Assembly: GCA_038087875.1 (NCBI GenBank)
Contig: JAXLNO010000113.1
Coordinates: forward strand, 186,001-227,786
Direction: 5' to 3'
DNA: 41,786 bases
Source of the DNA: Malacoraja senta
Taxonomy: Eukaryota
Part shown: positions 11,595 to 22,735 of the stretch, one piece after another
How the letters are laid out: every line of letters begins with the position of its first letter
Position numbering within the stretch: the first letter of the stretch is position 1
Notes under the pieces: model-generated
What the model was told of the DNA's origin: nothing
Database searches by the model: none
The model's input: the letters and a program-made list of their open reading frames with translations, nothing else
Made by a program: the position numbers and the translations under genes

Positions 11595-12064
11595 CGGTTC
11601 ACTTCTTAATAAACAGACAACTCACAAAAACGTTAGGTACACCAACTCAAGCTTCACTGATCATCGGCCGGGAAGTGACGGGGATGCACCAGTCAAGTAA
11701 GCAACACAGACACTTGACCTTCCCTGTGCCACCACTTCAATGAACAAAGAGTTGCATGATCTTTTACACTGTATGTTTGTCACTTAGTCACATTCCAAAG
11801 ATGTTAGTCATGGTCAGAGATACAGTCAATACACATTACCACAGGATGCATCTGAGCGTGTCTCTTCTCAATTAGTAGACACATTTCAAAGGCATCTTAT
11901 CAGCTGGTACTTTCAAGACAAGACATCTCAAAGGCATCGGTCATTGTCTCAATATACATCATTGAGACAAGTCTGGGCTTCTCTCTCTCTCTCATCAATT
12001 GGTAGACACATTTCAAAGGCATCGGTCATTGTCTCAATACACAGCCACCCGAGGCAAGCCCGGG

Positions 12065-12131
<67 letters not shown>

Positions 12132-12226
12132 CCACTGGAAAAGGCCTGCTTGAGTCAAAATATAAGATAACCTAGGCCAGGATTCCATTATATATATTTT
12201 ATATTTTTAAAAGCATTTAACCTTTT
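11595..12226 (-). repeat. Probable 3' LTR of the minus-strand ERV
   Basis: Follows the env stop and a PPT-like AAAAAGGAGCGAA (minus strand, ~12229-12241); contains direct repeats AGACACATTTCAAAGGCATC; far end not defined. Confidence 0.55.
12068..12128. repeat. (CT)n microsatellite
   Basis: Directly visible. Confidence 0.97.
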
Positions 12227-12259
12227 AATTCGCTCCTTTTTATCATTTGATGATAACAA

Positions 12260-12838
12260 TTACAGTCCTCGCCGAGTACACAAGAAAGGCCATAAGCATC
12301 GCAACAGACAAATTAATAGTACAATTAGTAATACAATCAATCCATAGTGGACAATAATTCCCCAAGTCCTTCCAAACATATTAAATGGCCACCAACCTCC
12401 CCCGGAGCTATAATCATGGAATTCAGCTCCTACCTTCTTCATTTTAGCCACTTCCATTCTGATGTGGGCAGCCAAAACAGTAATGTTGGAGGAAGCATCG
12501 GGAATAAAATGACAACATTCCCGGCCGATTATGGCGCACGTCCCTCCTTTTACTGCTAGGATAAAATCTAGGGCCATTCTGTTTTGTAATACTACAGTTC
12601 TCATAGCTACCATCTCAGCTGTTACCTCTTCTATCTCCTCCTGGGTTGCACTCGAGGCAGCAGTGGCATTAGCAAGCGTCTCTATAACGGAGGCCATTTT
12701 AATGAGTTCCTGTGATACTACCATACTACCATAGGACGGGAAGAGGATCATAAAAAATTGCTCAGCCTTCGTTAGGCTTCGCTTGGAAATCCCCGTGTGC
12801 TGGTGTAACTGGTTCATGCTTCTCGTATGTGGGACCAC
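12260..12838 (-). CDS. env: Retroviral envelope TM subunit (open segment of an otherwise disrupted env)
   Basis: SKR|S cleavage-like site, fusion peptide FFMILFPSYG, heptad repeat, immunosuppressive domain LQNRMALDFIL, CX6CC (CAIIGRECC), hydrophobic TM helix. Confidence 0.9.
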   Translation of the reverse strand: MVPHTRSMNQLHQHTGISKRSLTKAEQFFMILFPSYGSMVVSQELIKMASVIETLANATAASSATQEEIEEVTAEMVAMRTVVLQNRMALDFILAVKGGTCAIIGRECCHFIPDASSNITVLAAHIRMEVAKMKKVGAEFHDYSSGGGWWPFNMFGRTWGIIVHYGLIVLLIVLLICLLRCLWPFLCTRRGL

Positions 12839-13480
12839 ATATGCAACATAATAACACCCTGTCTAGTGATGGGGTCCTTTTAGTCATTCCCAAGTTGCCC
12901 CGTCTGCCGGCGGCATTCCTGGTAACGATGGGTAGGCCCAGGATCCACATACAAAATATGTGCCATTAACCGGTCGGGGTGGGCTGGCAAATGGTGGCTG
13001 ACTCGGTTGTCATACACATACTGTTTCCCAAAAATACACCAGTTCCTTGGTTGTGGCAAAAACAGGTAGCATTAACTGGCCTGTGCGGATCTCTTACTAT
13101 CTGCAGTCGGGGTATATCTGCTGCGCTTGTCATGTTTAATTTCCAATCTTGTTTAAAGGGAGGGGTGTACCATCCTTTAAATATGGGTAAGTCCTCAAGT
13201 TTGCCATTCTGAAGGCACCCATTAGTTGCTGCCCTATTGCGAAAACAGTTCCTCCTCCATCATTACATGGGATGTGCGTACACACCCAGCATACACTTAT
13301 ATTATCACGAAGGGCAAATTCAAAACTCATAGAAAAAATTTATTTTCCCAAGACCAGTCCATCTGGGCCAACCCCAGAATAAAAGGAGGATCAATAGCCC
13401 CATTGTCCTTTCTTGGTTCTCTGAACTGTTTACAGTCAATCAGATGTATTCAACGGGGGTGATCTTCAATCTTCACGGTG
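12839..13480 (-). pseudogene. env: Envelope SU subunit, stops and frameshifts
   Basis: CWVC motif (VCWVCTHIP, ORF 13136-13330), NGTYFVCG near 12950-12970, TAG in place of the W of W.GC at ~12864. Confidence 0.75.
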
Positions 13481-13499
13481 GTTGATGTTGTTGGTAGCA

Positions 13500-14060
13500 A
13501 TTGGTACAGTTCCTTTCAACACAGTCTCAATTTCTTCCAGTCCCAGTACCGACAGTATGGACTCGTCCCCATGTTCAACTGGTAGTGGCTTTTGTGCCTC
13601 TCGTAGCTGGGAATGCAGACCTGGCAAGGCATGGGTTCATTGCTGTGCATACATAATTAGTTAATCGCTGAGGGCCTGTAGGTGTAACTTCCACACTCTA
13701 GTCGCACCCCAGGGGGTACGTAGTCTGGGGTCATCCTCATTTCAAGGACGGCCATTTTCTGGTAGGTGCATAGCATGTCCTGTTATCAATTCAAAAAGCG
13801 TTAATCCTGTCTCTCTAGCTGGGGTTGTTCTGAATCATCAGAATTACTGGGAATACCTTAACCCATTCCTGTCCAGTCTCAGTCAAGACTTTACTTAAAC
13901 TCTTTCGGGTCCTATTCATTCCCTCCACTAATCCTAAACTCTGCGGATGGTTTGGAAATGTGAAATCAGTCTTTAGAAGCCTCCTTCATCACCTTCCCTG
14001 TGAGCTTGTTCATTGACCCGAATCTATCTGAAGAGGGACCCCCACCTAAATATTATCTCT
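13500..14060 (-). pseudogene. pol: Retroviral integrase core/C-terminal remnant
   Basis: Minus-strand translation gives GVPLQIDS, HPQSLGLVEGMNRT and ETGLTLFELITG. Confidence 0.8.
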
Positions 14061-14688
14061 TCAATTGTCCAAGTATGTTTCCCCTCCCCAATCTACTTTA
14101 TCTCTCACTTTTTATCCCTCATTGTGGGTTCCCTCAAACCCCCTTTTGTAAGGTACGGTCTGACGTGATCAACTAACACAGTACTGCATGGACCTTCATT
14201 TGTTCCTTACACAGCACATGCTTCAAGCCTCCACACATTTGTTTGTCTGGAGACAGGAACCTGGTTGTTCATTTGCATTCTAAAAGACAAACACTGTGAT
14301 CACATCAAAACAATTGAGACAGGAAACCTGGCTGCTCATTTGCAGTCTAAAAGACAAACACTATTATCACATCAAAACAAGCTTTCCCAAAAGAACTCAA
14401 ACTCAAAATCAGTGATCCATAACTTCGCCAATATTCTTAAACCCTTTAAAAAATGGATCATTATTAGGAAAAAAATTAATTTAAAAATCATTCCCAAATG
14501 TTCCAATCTATCTCCCCAAATTCACAACCTCAAATTCCTAGCATAAATGCATACCTATCACAATTTTCCCAAATGAGCATTTTCTTTTTCTCTGTGATAT
14601 TGGCATTTCCAATCTCATCTAACAATTTAATCAGGATGCCAAAAGCATCCAGGTCTCTTTTTGAACTCAGCTCAAAAGATTAGAATGA

Positions 14689-14876
14689 GGGGGACTTCCG
14701 GTGGCGCCATGGAGCACTAAGGGTGCAGCATTGAGCTCCTCTCCCGTCAAAATCGCTAAAAATCCGTTTTCAGAGACAGGACCGATTTTTAAAAACTCAC
14801 CGGAGCTGCTTGGCGTCGCGTAAGTGACGTCATCAGAAATTGACGCGAAAAATCGGGAGTTTAACAGGAGTTTTAA
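14689..14876 (+). promoter_or_regulatory. L1 5'UTR / putative internal Pol II promoter
   Basis: CpG-rich; ACTTCCGG (ETS-like) and CGCCAT (YY1-like) at the 5' end; TGACGTCA (CRE) at 14825-14832. Confidence 0.55.
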
Positions 14877-15968
14877 ATGAGCAAAGAGAAATGCTCACGA
14901 GCACCTAAGAAACCACTATAAGTCTCCATCTTGAGAAAGTTTTGGAAACTGCAAACGACAGAAGAAGGCTCAGAAGAAGAGTCTTACTGCCAAGGATATG
15001 TGCCTGAAATGGCTGCAAAAGGAGACAAAAAGGAGAAGGAGGTGAAGCAAATGCTAACAGAAATGACTGCTACAATCAATACTACACTGGAAAAGATGCA
15101 GAGTATGGAGATTAATATGGAGACCAAAATGCAGAGTATGGAGACTAATATGGAGAGTATGGTGACTAATCTCTCTCAAAAAATTGATGGTGCTTGTGGT
15201 GAGTTAAAGGAGCTGAAGAAGCAGTATAAGGAGCTTGATAAAAAATTAACGTCAGAATGTGTTAAAAAGGAAAAAGATTATAATAAGAAATTTACTGATA
15301 TACATGATAACATGGAAAAGTTTGATGAGCTGATGGAAGAGATGGAGAATGGAATGAAAGAGATGGCTACGGAAATAAAGAGTTTGAAAAAAGCACAGAA
15401 ATCTGAAGGGGAGCAGCTTGTGAGAATGACTGACAAATGTTTGGACTTGGAAGCGAGATCAAGAAGGCAGAATTTGAGAATTGTTGGAGTAAGTGAAGGA
15501 CAAGAGGGTCGTGGACCTCAAATACGTACTTTCGTTGCTGACTTACTTAAAGATGTTTTTAAACTGCCGGAATACCCAAGAATAGATATCGTTTATCGAG
15601 TTGGACGTGTTCCAAAAGGGACAAGTGCTCCTCCAAGACAGATAATTGTGAAATTCCTCGACATTTCTTCAGTGGAATTTATATTGAATGAGATTACCCA
15701 TGGGGAGAATCTGATATATCTTGGGGATATTAGACTTTTCCGTGATTATCCCCCTGAGGTCGTCCAGAAAAGGAACTTGTTTACACAGACAAGAAACATT
15801 CTGAAAGGAGTACCCCATGTGAGATATGGGGTGGTCTACCCAGCAAAAATGAAGATTACTTATAAGGGCGCTGAACGCTCATTTACGGATCCCAAAAAAG
15901 CTTTTAAGCACGCAGAGGATATCGTAAAGAAAACATCGGGGGAAGATGACGACAAGGAAAAATATTGA
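14877..15968 (+). CDS. L1 ORF1p (coiled coil, RRM, CTD); one early in-frame TAA at 14919
   Basis: DLEARSRRQNLRIVGV, PRQIIVKF, YPAKMKI; ATG at 14877 is in frame with the 345-aa ORF 14931-15968. Confidence 0.9.
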
Positions 15969-16579
15969 ACTTTTTAAGACAGGGTTTTGCACTGGTTAAG
16001 ATGGCGGAACTTTTCCAGAGTTACCAGATATGCATATCTGTCTGGAATGTGTTTTCGAGAGTACTGTCCATGTTTCACCTTGAATGAAAAGCTTAAAGAT
16101 AAACAAAAGGACGTTGAAGATACAGAATTAATGAGGGAATTAATAAGGGACATGGAATGAGATAATATTGATTGGAAAACAAAAATTTGTTGATTTAAGA
16201 AAATCTTTAATCATTATATTTTAATTATAAATAACCAATTATTTTAACAAATTTAATAATACTAATTATCTGTTAATGTATGCGGCAAATATGAATAACC
16301 CATGAGGCGGGGAAGGAGATAATGGGAGTGTACATAATTTTGATTTTATATATTTAAAATAGTTAAGGGAAATGAACTAATATTGATGATATATACCTAT
16401 ATACAGTGACTAACTAAAATGTTCATAATAATACTAACAAACTAACACTGTGCGTGAAGAAGTCAGGCGCAGTATACACTTGGAAACGATCCAGAAGTGT
16501 GGTTTTGTTTAACCCCTTGGTACCTGCTTGTATTATAGTTAAAGAATGGGATATTATGTAAGAACTTTGGGTGGATATA

Positions 16580-18195
16580 CAGTGGCTTGCAAAAGTTTTC
16601 ATACCCCTTGAACTTTTCCACATTTTGTCACGTTACAACCACAAACGTAAATGTATTTTATTGGGATTTTATGTGATAGACCAACACAAAGTGGTGCATA
16701 ATTGTGAAGTGGAAGGAAAATGATACTTGGTTTTCAAATTTTTTTACAAATAAAAAACTGAAAAGTGTGGCGTGCAAAAGTATTCAGCCTCCTTTACTCT
16801 GATACCCCTAAATAAAATCCAGTGCAACCAATTGCCTTCAGAAGTCACCTAATTAGTAAATAGAGTCCACTTGTGTATAATCTAATCTCAGTATAAATAC
16901 AGCTGTTCTGTGAAGGCAGAGGTTTGTTAGAGAACATTAGTGAACAAACAGCATCACGAAGCCCAAGGAACACACCAGACAGGTCAGGGATAAAGTTGTG
17001 GAGAAGTTTAAAGCAGGGTTAGGTTATAAAAAAAATATCCCAAGCTTAGAACATCTCACGGAGCACTGTTCAATCCATCATCCGAAAATGGAAAGAGTAT
17101 GGCACAACTGCAAACCTACCAAGATATGGCCGTCCACCTAAACTGACAGGCCGGGCAAGGAGAGCATTGATCAGAGAAGCAGCCAAGAGGCCCATGGTAA
17201 CTCTGGAGGAGCTGCAGAGATCCACAGCTCAGGTGGGAGAATCTGTCCACAGGACAACTATTGGTCGTGCACTCCACAAATCGGGCCTTTATGGAAGAGT
17301 GGCAAGAAGAAAGCCATTGTTGAAAAAAAGCCATAAGAAGTCCCGTTTGCAGTTTGCCACAAGCCATGTGGGGGACACAGCAAACATGTGGAGGAAGGTG
17401 CTCTGGTCAGATGAGACCAAAATTGAAGTTTTTGGCCTAAATGCAAAACGCTATGTGTGGCGGAAACCTAACACTGCACATCACCCTGAACACACCATCC
17501 CCACTGTGAAACATGGTGGTGGCAGCATCATGCTGTGGGGATGCTTTTCTTCAGCAGGGACAGGGAAACTGGTCAGAGTTGATGGGAAGATGGATGGAGC
17601 CAAATACAGGGCAATCTTGGAAGAAAACCTGTTAGAGTCTGCAAAAGACTTGAGACTGGGGCAGAGATTCACCTTCCAGCAGGACAACGACCCTAAACAT
17701 ACAGCCAGAGCTACAATGGAATGGTTTAGATCAAAGCATATTCATGTGTTAGAATGGCCCAGTCAAAGTCCAGACCTAAATCCAATTGAGAATCTCTGGC
17801 ACGACTTGAAAATTGCTGTTCACAGACGCTCTCCATCCAATCTGACTGAGCTTGAGCTATTTTGCAAAGAAGAATGGGCAAACATTTCAGTCTCTAGATG
17901 TGCAAAGCTGGTAGAGACATACCCCCAAAAGACTTGCAGCTGTAATTGCAGCGAAAGGTGGTTCTACAAAGTATTGACTCAGGGGGGCTGAATACTTTTG
18001 CACGCGACACTTTTCAGTTTTTTATTTGTAAAAAAATTTGAAAACCATGTATCATTTTCCTTCCACTTCACAATTATGCACCACTTTGTGTTGGTCTATC
18101 ACATAAAATCCCAATAAAATACATTTACGTTTGTGGTTGTAACGTGACAACATGTGGAAAAGTTCAAGGGGTAAGAATACTTTTGCAAGCCACTG
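16580..18195 (+). mobile_element. Full-length Tc1 transposon (Passport/PPTN-like, IR/DR type)
   Basis: TA TSD (16578-79, 18196-97); ~210-bp TIRs starting CAGTGGCTTGCAAAAG, with an inner repeat GCAAAAGTATTCA. Confidence 0.97.
16956..17977 (+). pseudogene. DD34E Tc1 transposase with ACG start and two +1 homopolymer frameshifts
   Basis: GRPPKLT, WSDETKI, QDNDPKH, SPDLNPIE with exactly 34 residues between the second D and E. Confidence 0.95.
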
Positions 18196-21100
18196 TATAT
18201 GGTAAAGTTTAGACTAGATTAAGGTTAGATAAATTGGAAAGGCATATATACTTATAGAACTGAACATACGTTGTGTTTTATATTTGGCTTTTTATTTTTT
18301 ACTTCTTTTTCTGAACTCTCTCTGTTTTTACTGGTGCTGGTTTGATAAAAAATTTTTTTTTTTTAAAAAGACAACATATGAAACAGTCTGTAGCCTTTCA
18401 TGAGGCTCTGCTAAGGGATTGGAGCTCAATGTACAACAACATCAATGGAAGTCCATAAATTTTTCGCCACCTTAGGCGGAAAAACTATTCATTTTTAAGG
18501 TATCTTTTCTTAGATACCTTAACATCGCTTTTTAAAAAAAAAATCACTATAAAGATTTCTATTTGTTTATTTTTTTTGTAATCAATTTTATATCACATTT
18601 TTTCTTTCTTTTTCTAAGGTACTATACAGGAAGGAGATGTAACATAAATCTAAAAACTCGGGATGACCACCCAACACACCGAATTCTGAGGTATTTGGTT
18701 GCACCATATGATTCAAGAACACTATACTGATATATAATGCAAGACGATAGACAAATAAAGAATGGAGGAATTACATTTTGTAGTTGGAATATAAGGGGTG
18801 CCAATGAACCAATTAAGAGGGGTAAAAATTTTGCTCAATTAAAATCTTTGAAATGTGACAATGTTTTTGCAGGAAACACACATGAAACAACAAACACAGA
18901 TAGGATTAAAGGCGAAGTGGATAGGTCAAACATATTATTCTTCATTTACTTCTAAATCTAGAGGTACGGCTATTATTATTCGGAAAGGTATACCTTTTAA
19001 ATTAAAGAATACTATTTCAGATAAAGAGGGAAGGTATATTATAGTTTCGGGAGAAATTTATTCAACCCCACTAACTATGATAAATATTTACGCTCCGACT
19101 TTTGACAACCCCCAATTTTTAAATAAAATTATAGATATCATATCAGAGTTTAATTACCAAAATGTAATAATAGGGGGGGACTTCAATTGTATTTTAGATC
19201 CATACTTAGACAAATCAGCAAAACAAAGGAGGGGTAATTTAAAATCTAAGACTAGTGAACTTCTAAATACATATACAAAAAATACTAATATAACAGATGT
19301 ATGGAGAACTGCTAATCCAACTGGAAGAGAATACTCGTTTTACTCATCGGTACATAAAACTTATTCACAAATTGATTATTTTTTAGTGGATACAAAATTA
19401 ATGCCATATACAATTAATCCTTCATACCACATCAGCAGTATTTCTGATCATTCCCCGTTGACATTTTTACTAAAATTTGAGGGAATGCCAGGTAAAAAAT
19501 CTTTTTGGAGGTTTAATACACAAATTTTAAACGACTCACAAGGTTATCAATATTTAAAACAACAAATGAAACTTTTTTTTGAGACAAACGAAACACCAGG
19601 TATTTTGCCTTCTTTATTATGGGAAACTTTTAAGGCATTTATTAGAGGAGTTATAATTTCATATAAATTTTTTCAAAATAAAAAGAATTAGACAGAATAA
19701 CTGATGCTAGAACAAGAAATTAGAGAGTTAGAGTTAGATAATGCCAAAGATCCTACTACAGATAAACATAATAAGATAATACTACTGAAATTTAAACTTA
19801 ATCAAATTTTATCGGCAAGAGTAATAAGATTATTCCAAATTACAAAACAGGAACATTTTGAATTTGGTGACAAATCACATAAGCTTTTAGCTCGTCAATT
19901 GAAAAAACAAGAAAAGGAAAATACTATAACTAAAATTAAATAAGAGAAAGGTGAATTACTAATATTACCTAAAGATATTAACAATAGATTTGCTCAATTT
20001 TATCAAAATTTATATACATCTAAAACTAAAATAGAAGATAGTAAAATTATACATTTTTTAGATAACTGTAATCTTCCAAAACTTGATCTTTCGGAACAAG
20101 AGGAACTTGGAGCTCAGATTACACTCGAAGAAATAGGTGAAACAATAAAATCGTTGAAAAATGGTAAGACGCCTGGACCAGATGGTTTTAGTAATGAATT
20201 TTACAAAAGATTTCATGATATAACGACTCCATATTTATTCAATTTATATACTCACGCTTTTAAAGAAAATAAACTACCTGAAACATTAGCAGAATCAACT
20301 ATTACACTTATTCCAAAAAAAGATAAAGATTTAGATGAACCGGGCTCATATAGAGCTATATCACTTTTAAATACAGATCAGAAAATTTTAGCAAAGACTT
20401 TAGCAAGAAGATTGAGTAAATATATTAGTAAATTGATAAACCCTGATCAAACGGGGTTTATACCCAAAAGACACTCATTTAATAATTTGAGACGCCCGTT
20501 TAATATAATGTACTCACATAAAACGGAGGAAGAAGATATACCAATTGTTTCTCTGGATGCAGAGAAAGCATTTGATCAGGTAGAGTGGCAGTATTTATAT
20601 AAAGTACTGCAAAAATTTAATGTGGGAGAGAATTTTATTGCATGGGTAAAATTATTATATGATAAACCGATGGCAAGAATATTAACCAATAATATGTTAT
20701 CTCCAAAATTTCAATTATCAAGGGGCAATAGGCAGGGATGTGCGTTATCACCCCTGCTATTTGCCCTTACGATAGAGACCCTGGCTGAAAGTATAAGAAT
20801 TCATCCGAATATTCAGGGATACAATACTAGGGACTCAAATAATAAAATTTCATTATATGCATAGAATAAACTGGAATAAAAGTGAAATCATGACGTTAAA
20901 ACCTCAAGAATCTACACACTAATTGAAATTCCCCTTTAAAATTGCAACAGAAAAATTTAAATATTTGGGTATTCAAATTACTAGAAAATATAAAGCATTA
21001 TTTAACGCTAATTTTATGCCTTTATTAAATAAACTCAACACGCTGATTAAATTCTGGAAAACACTTCCCTTATCATTAATAGGTAGAATAAACGCTATAA

Positions 21101-21289
21101 AAATGATCTTTCTACCACAATTATTATACCTATTTCAATCTATACCATTATATATACCAAACATTAAAAAAAAAACTAGACTCTAATACAGGGCTCGAAA
21201 TTAGCGGTTGCCCGGGTGCCACTGACCACCCAAAGTGCCGCCGGGCAACTTAAACGGCGAGTCATTTTGCCCGGCTTGGCAACTTGGTT

Positions 21290-21372
21290 TATACCGAAGA
21301 TAGACACAAAAAACTGGAGTAACTCCGCGGGTCAGGCAGCATCTCTGGAGATAAGGAACGCGACATTTCGTG
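21290..21372 (-). mobile_element. Penelope terminal-repeat fragment
   Basis: AAGATAGACACAAAA..CTGGAGTAACTC.GCGGGTCAGGCAGCATCTCTGGAGA matches 9265-9320. Confidence 0.75.
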
Positions 21373-21417
21373 TCGGCGACGGCTGTCGTGCGGGGCAGAT
21401 ACTAGATGCGGTGTGAC

Positions 21418-21747
21418 GAAGGGTCGGAGCGAATGACGGGCCCCGAACAGCGGCAGCAGCGGCCGCGACAGTGGCTGCATCTCCTCCTCCTCCCGCACCC
21501 CGCCCGCCCTGATAAGGGATGATGCTTGCAAATTCGCTAACGGCGCTTTCAAAACAAACCCTCCCGCACGCCGAGGCAGGGAGGAGGGAGGGAGGACGCC
21601 GAGGCAGGGAGGGAGGAGGAGGCCTCGGCGTGCGGGAGAGTTTGTTTTGAAAGCGCCGTTAGCGGATTTGCAAGCAGCGGCCGCTATCAGGGAGGAGGAG
21701 ATGGAGCCGCTGTCGCGGTCACTGCCCGTCATTCGATCCGACCCTTC
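21418..21747. repeat. ~330-bp imperfect palindrome
   Basis: GCTTGCAAATTCGCTAACGGCGCTTTCAAAACAAAC.CTCCCGCACGCCGAGGC pairs with 21621-21675; outer arms GAAGGGTCGGA.CGAATGACGGGC / GCCCGTCATTCGATCCGACCCTTC. Confidence 0.9.
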
Positions 21748-21761
21748 TGAAGCAGCTGCAC

Positions 21762-21789
21762 CAAAGATCCTATAGCTATAGGATCTTTG
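21762..21789. mobile_element. 28-bp perfect palindrome flanked by an 8-bp TSD (TIR-only mini element)
   Basis: AGCTGCAC-[CAAAGATCCTATAG CTATAGGATCTTTG]-AGCTGCAC. Confidence 0.8.
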
Positions 21790-21899
21790 AGCTGCACTGC
21801 TCGGCCCCGCACCTTGCTGTTGGCTGGCGGAGGAGGGAGGCGGTGGCGAGGAAATCTCAATGGCCAAGGCAGCGGGGCGATGTTGTCCGAGGAGCACTG

Positions 21900-22735
21900 A
21901 CCTTCCTTCCTCCCCAACGCGCCCCCCCCCCTCTCTCTCTTGTACGCCCCCCCTTATCCTGGGACCCCTTCACTCCATCCCGCACTGATCCCCATTCCTG
22001 CCTCTATTCAGTCCTCACTGACATCCCCTGTGCTCCCCTCCACATCTACCCCTCCCCCCCATCTATTCATCCTGCGCTGATCACCCTATCCACCTCGCAT
22101 TGATTCTCCTGCCACACCCCCATCCATCCTACACTGGTCCCCCAATTCATCCTGTACTTACCCCCCTTCCCATCCATCCTGCACTTCTCCTTCATCCATC
22201 CTGTACTTATCCCCCATCCCACCTGTACTAATCCACGCATTCATCCCGTACTGACCCACCCTCCATTTACCCAGCACCTTCCCCTCATTCATCCTGTAGT
22301 GATCCCCCATTCATTCTGCACAGACCGTCTGATCCACACTGTACTGACCCACCTCCCCCCATTCATCCTGCGCTGATCTCCCCCCCCCATCCATCCTGTA
22401 CTGATTCTCCCATTCAAGAAGAATGGGGGTAACAGTCTGAAGAAGGGTCTCGACCTGAAACGTTGCCTATTTCCTTCGCTCCATAGATGCTGCCTCACCC
22501 GCTGAGTTTCTCCAGCACTTTTGTCTACCCCCATCCATCCCGCACTGAATCCCCCCATTCAACACCACTGACATCCCCGTGCTCTCCCCTCACAATTTTA
22601 CCTACTCCAACCAACACGTACTAATTCACCTGCCTCAATCCACCCATTTTGCACCGACTGCCTTCTAACCCCCTACCCCCGCCATCTATCCACCCCGCAC
22701 TGATTCACACACACCCCCCTCCCTGACCCTATTGT
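21900..22735. repeat. Degenerate C-rich minisatellite (CCATCCATCCTGTACTGA-like units)
   Basis: Repeated CAT(C/T)CATCC(T/C)G(T/C)ACT(G/T)A motifs separated by C runs. Confidence 0.8.
22434..22528 (+). mobile_element. Penelope terminal-repeat fragment with minimal hammerhead-like motif
   Basis: CTGAAGA-AGGGTCTCGACCT-GAAAC-GTT; reverse complement of the 9270-9360 repeat. Confidence 0.75.

Noticed and set aside
11031..11700. ORFs of 99-150 aa
   Set aside because: GC-rich MITE interior; no transposase motifs
21289..21897. 202-aa minus-strand ORF
   Set aside because: Spans a palindrome and repeat fragments; compositional artefact
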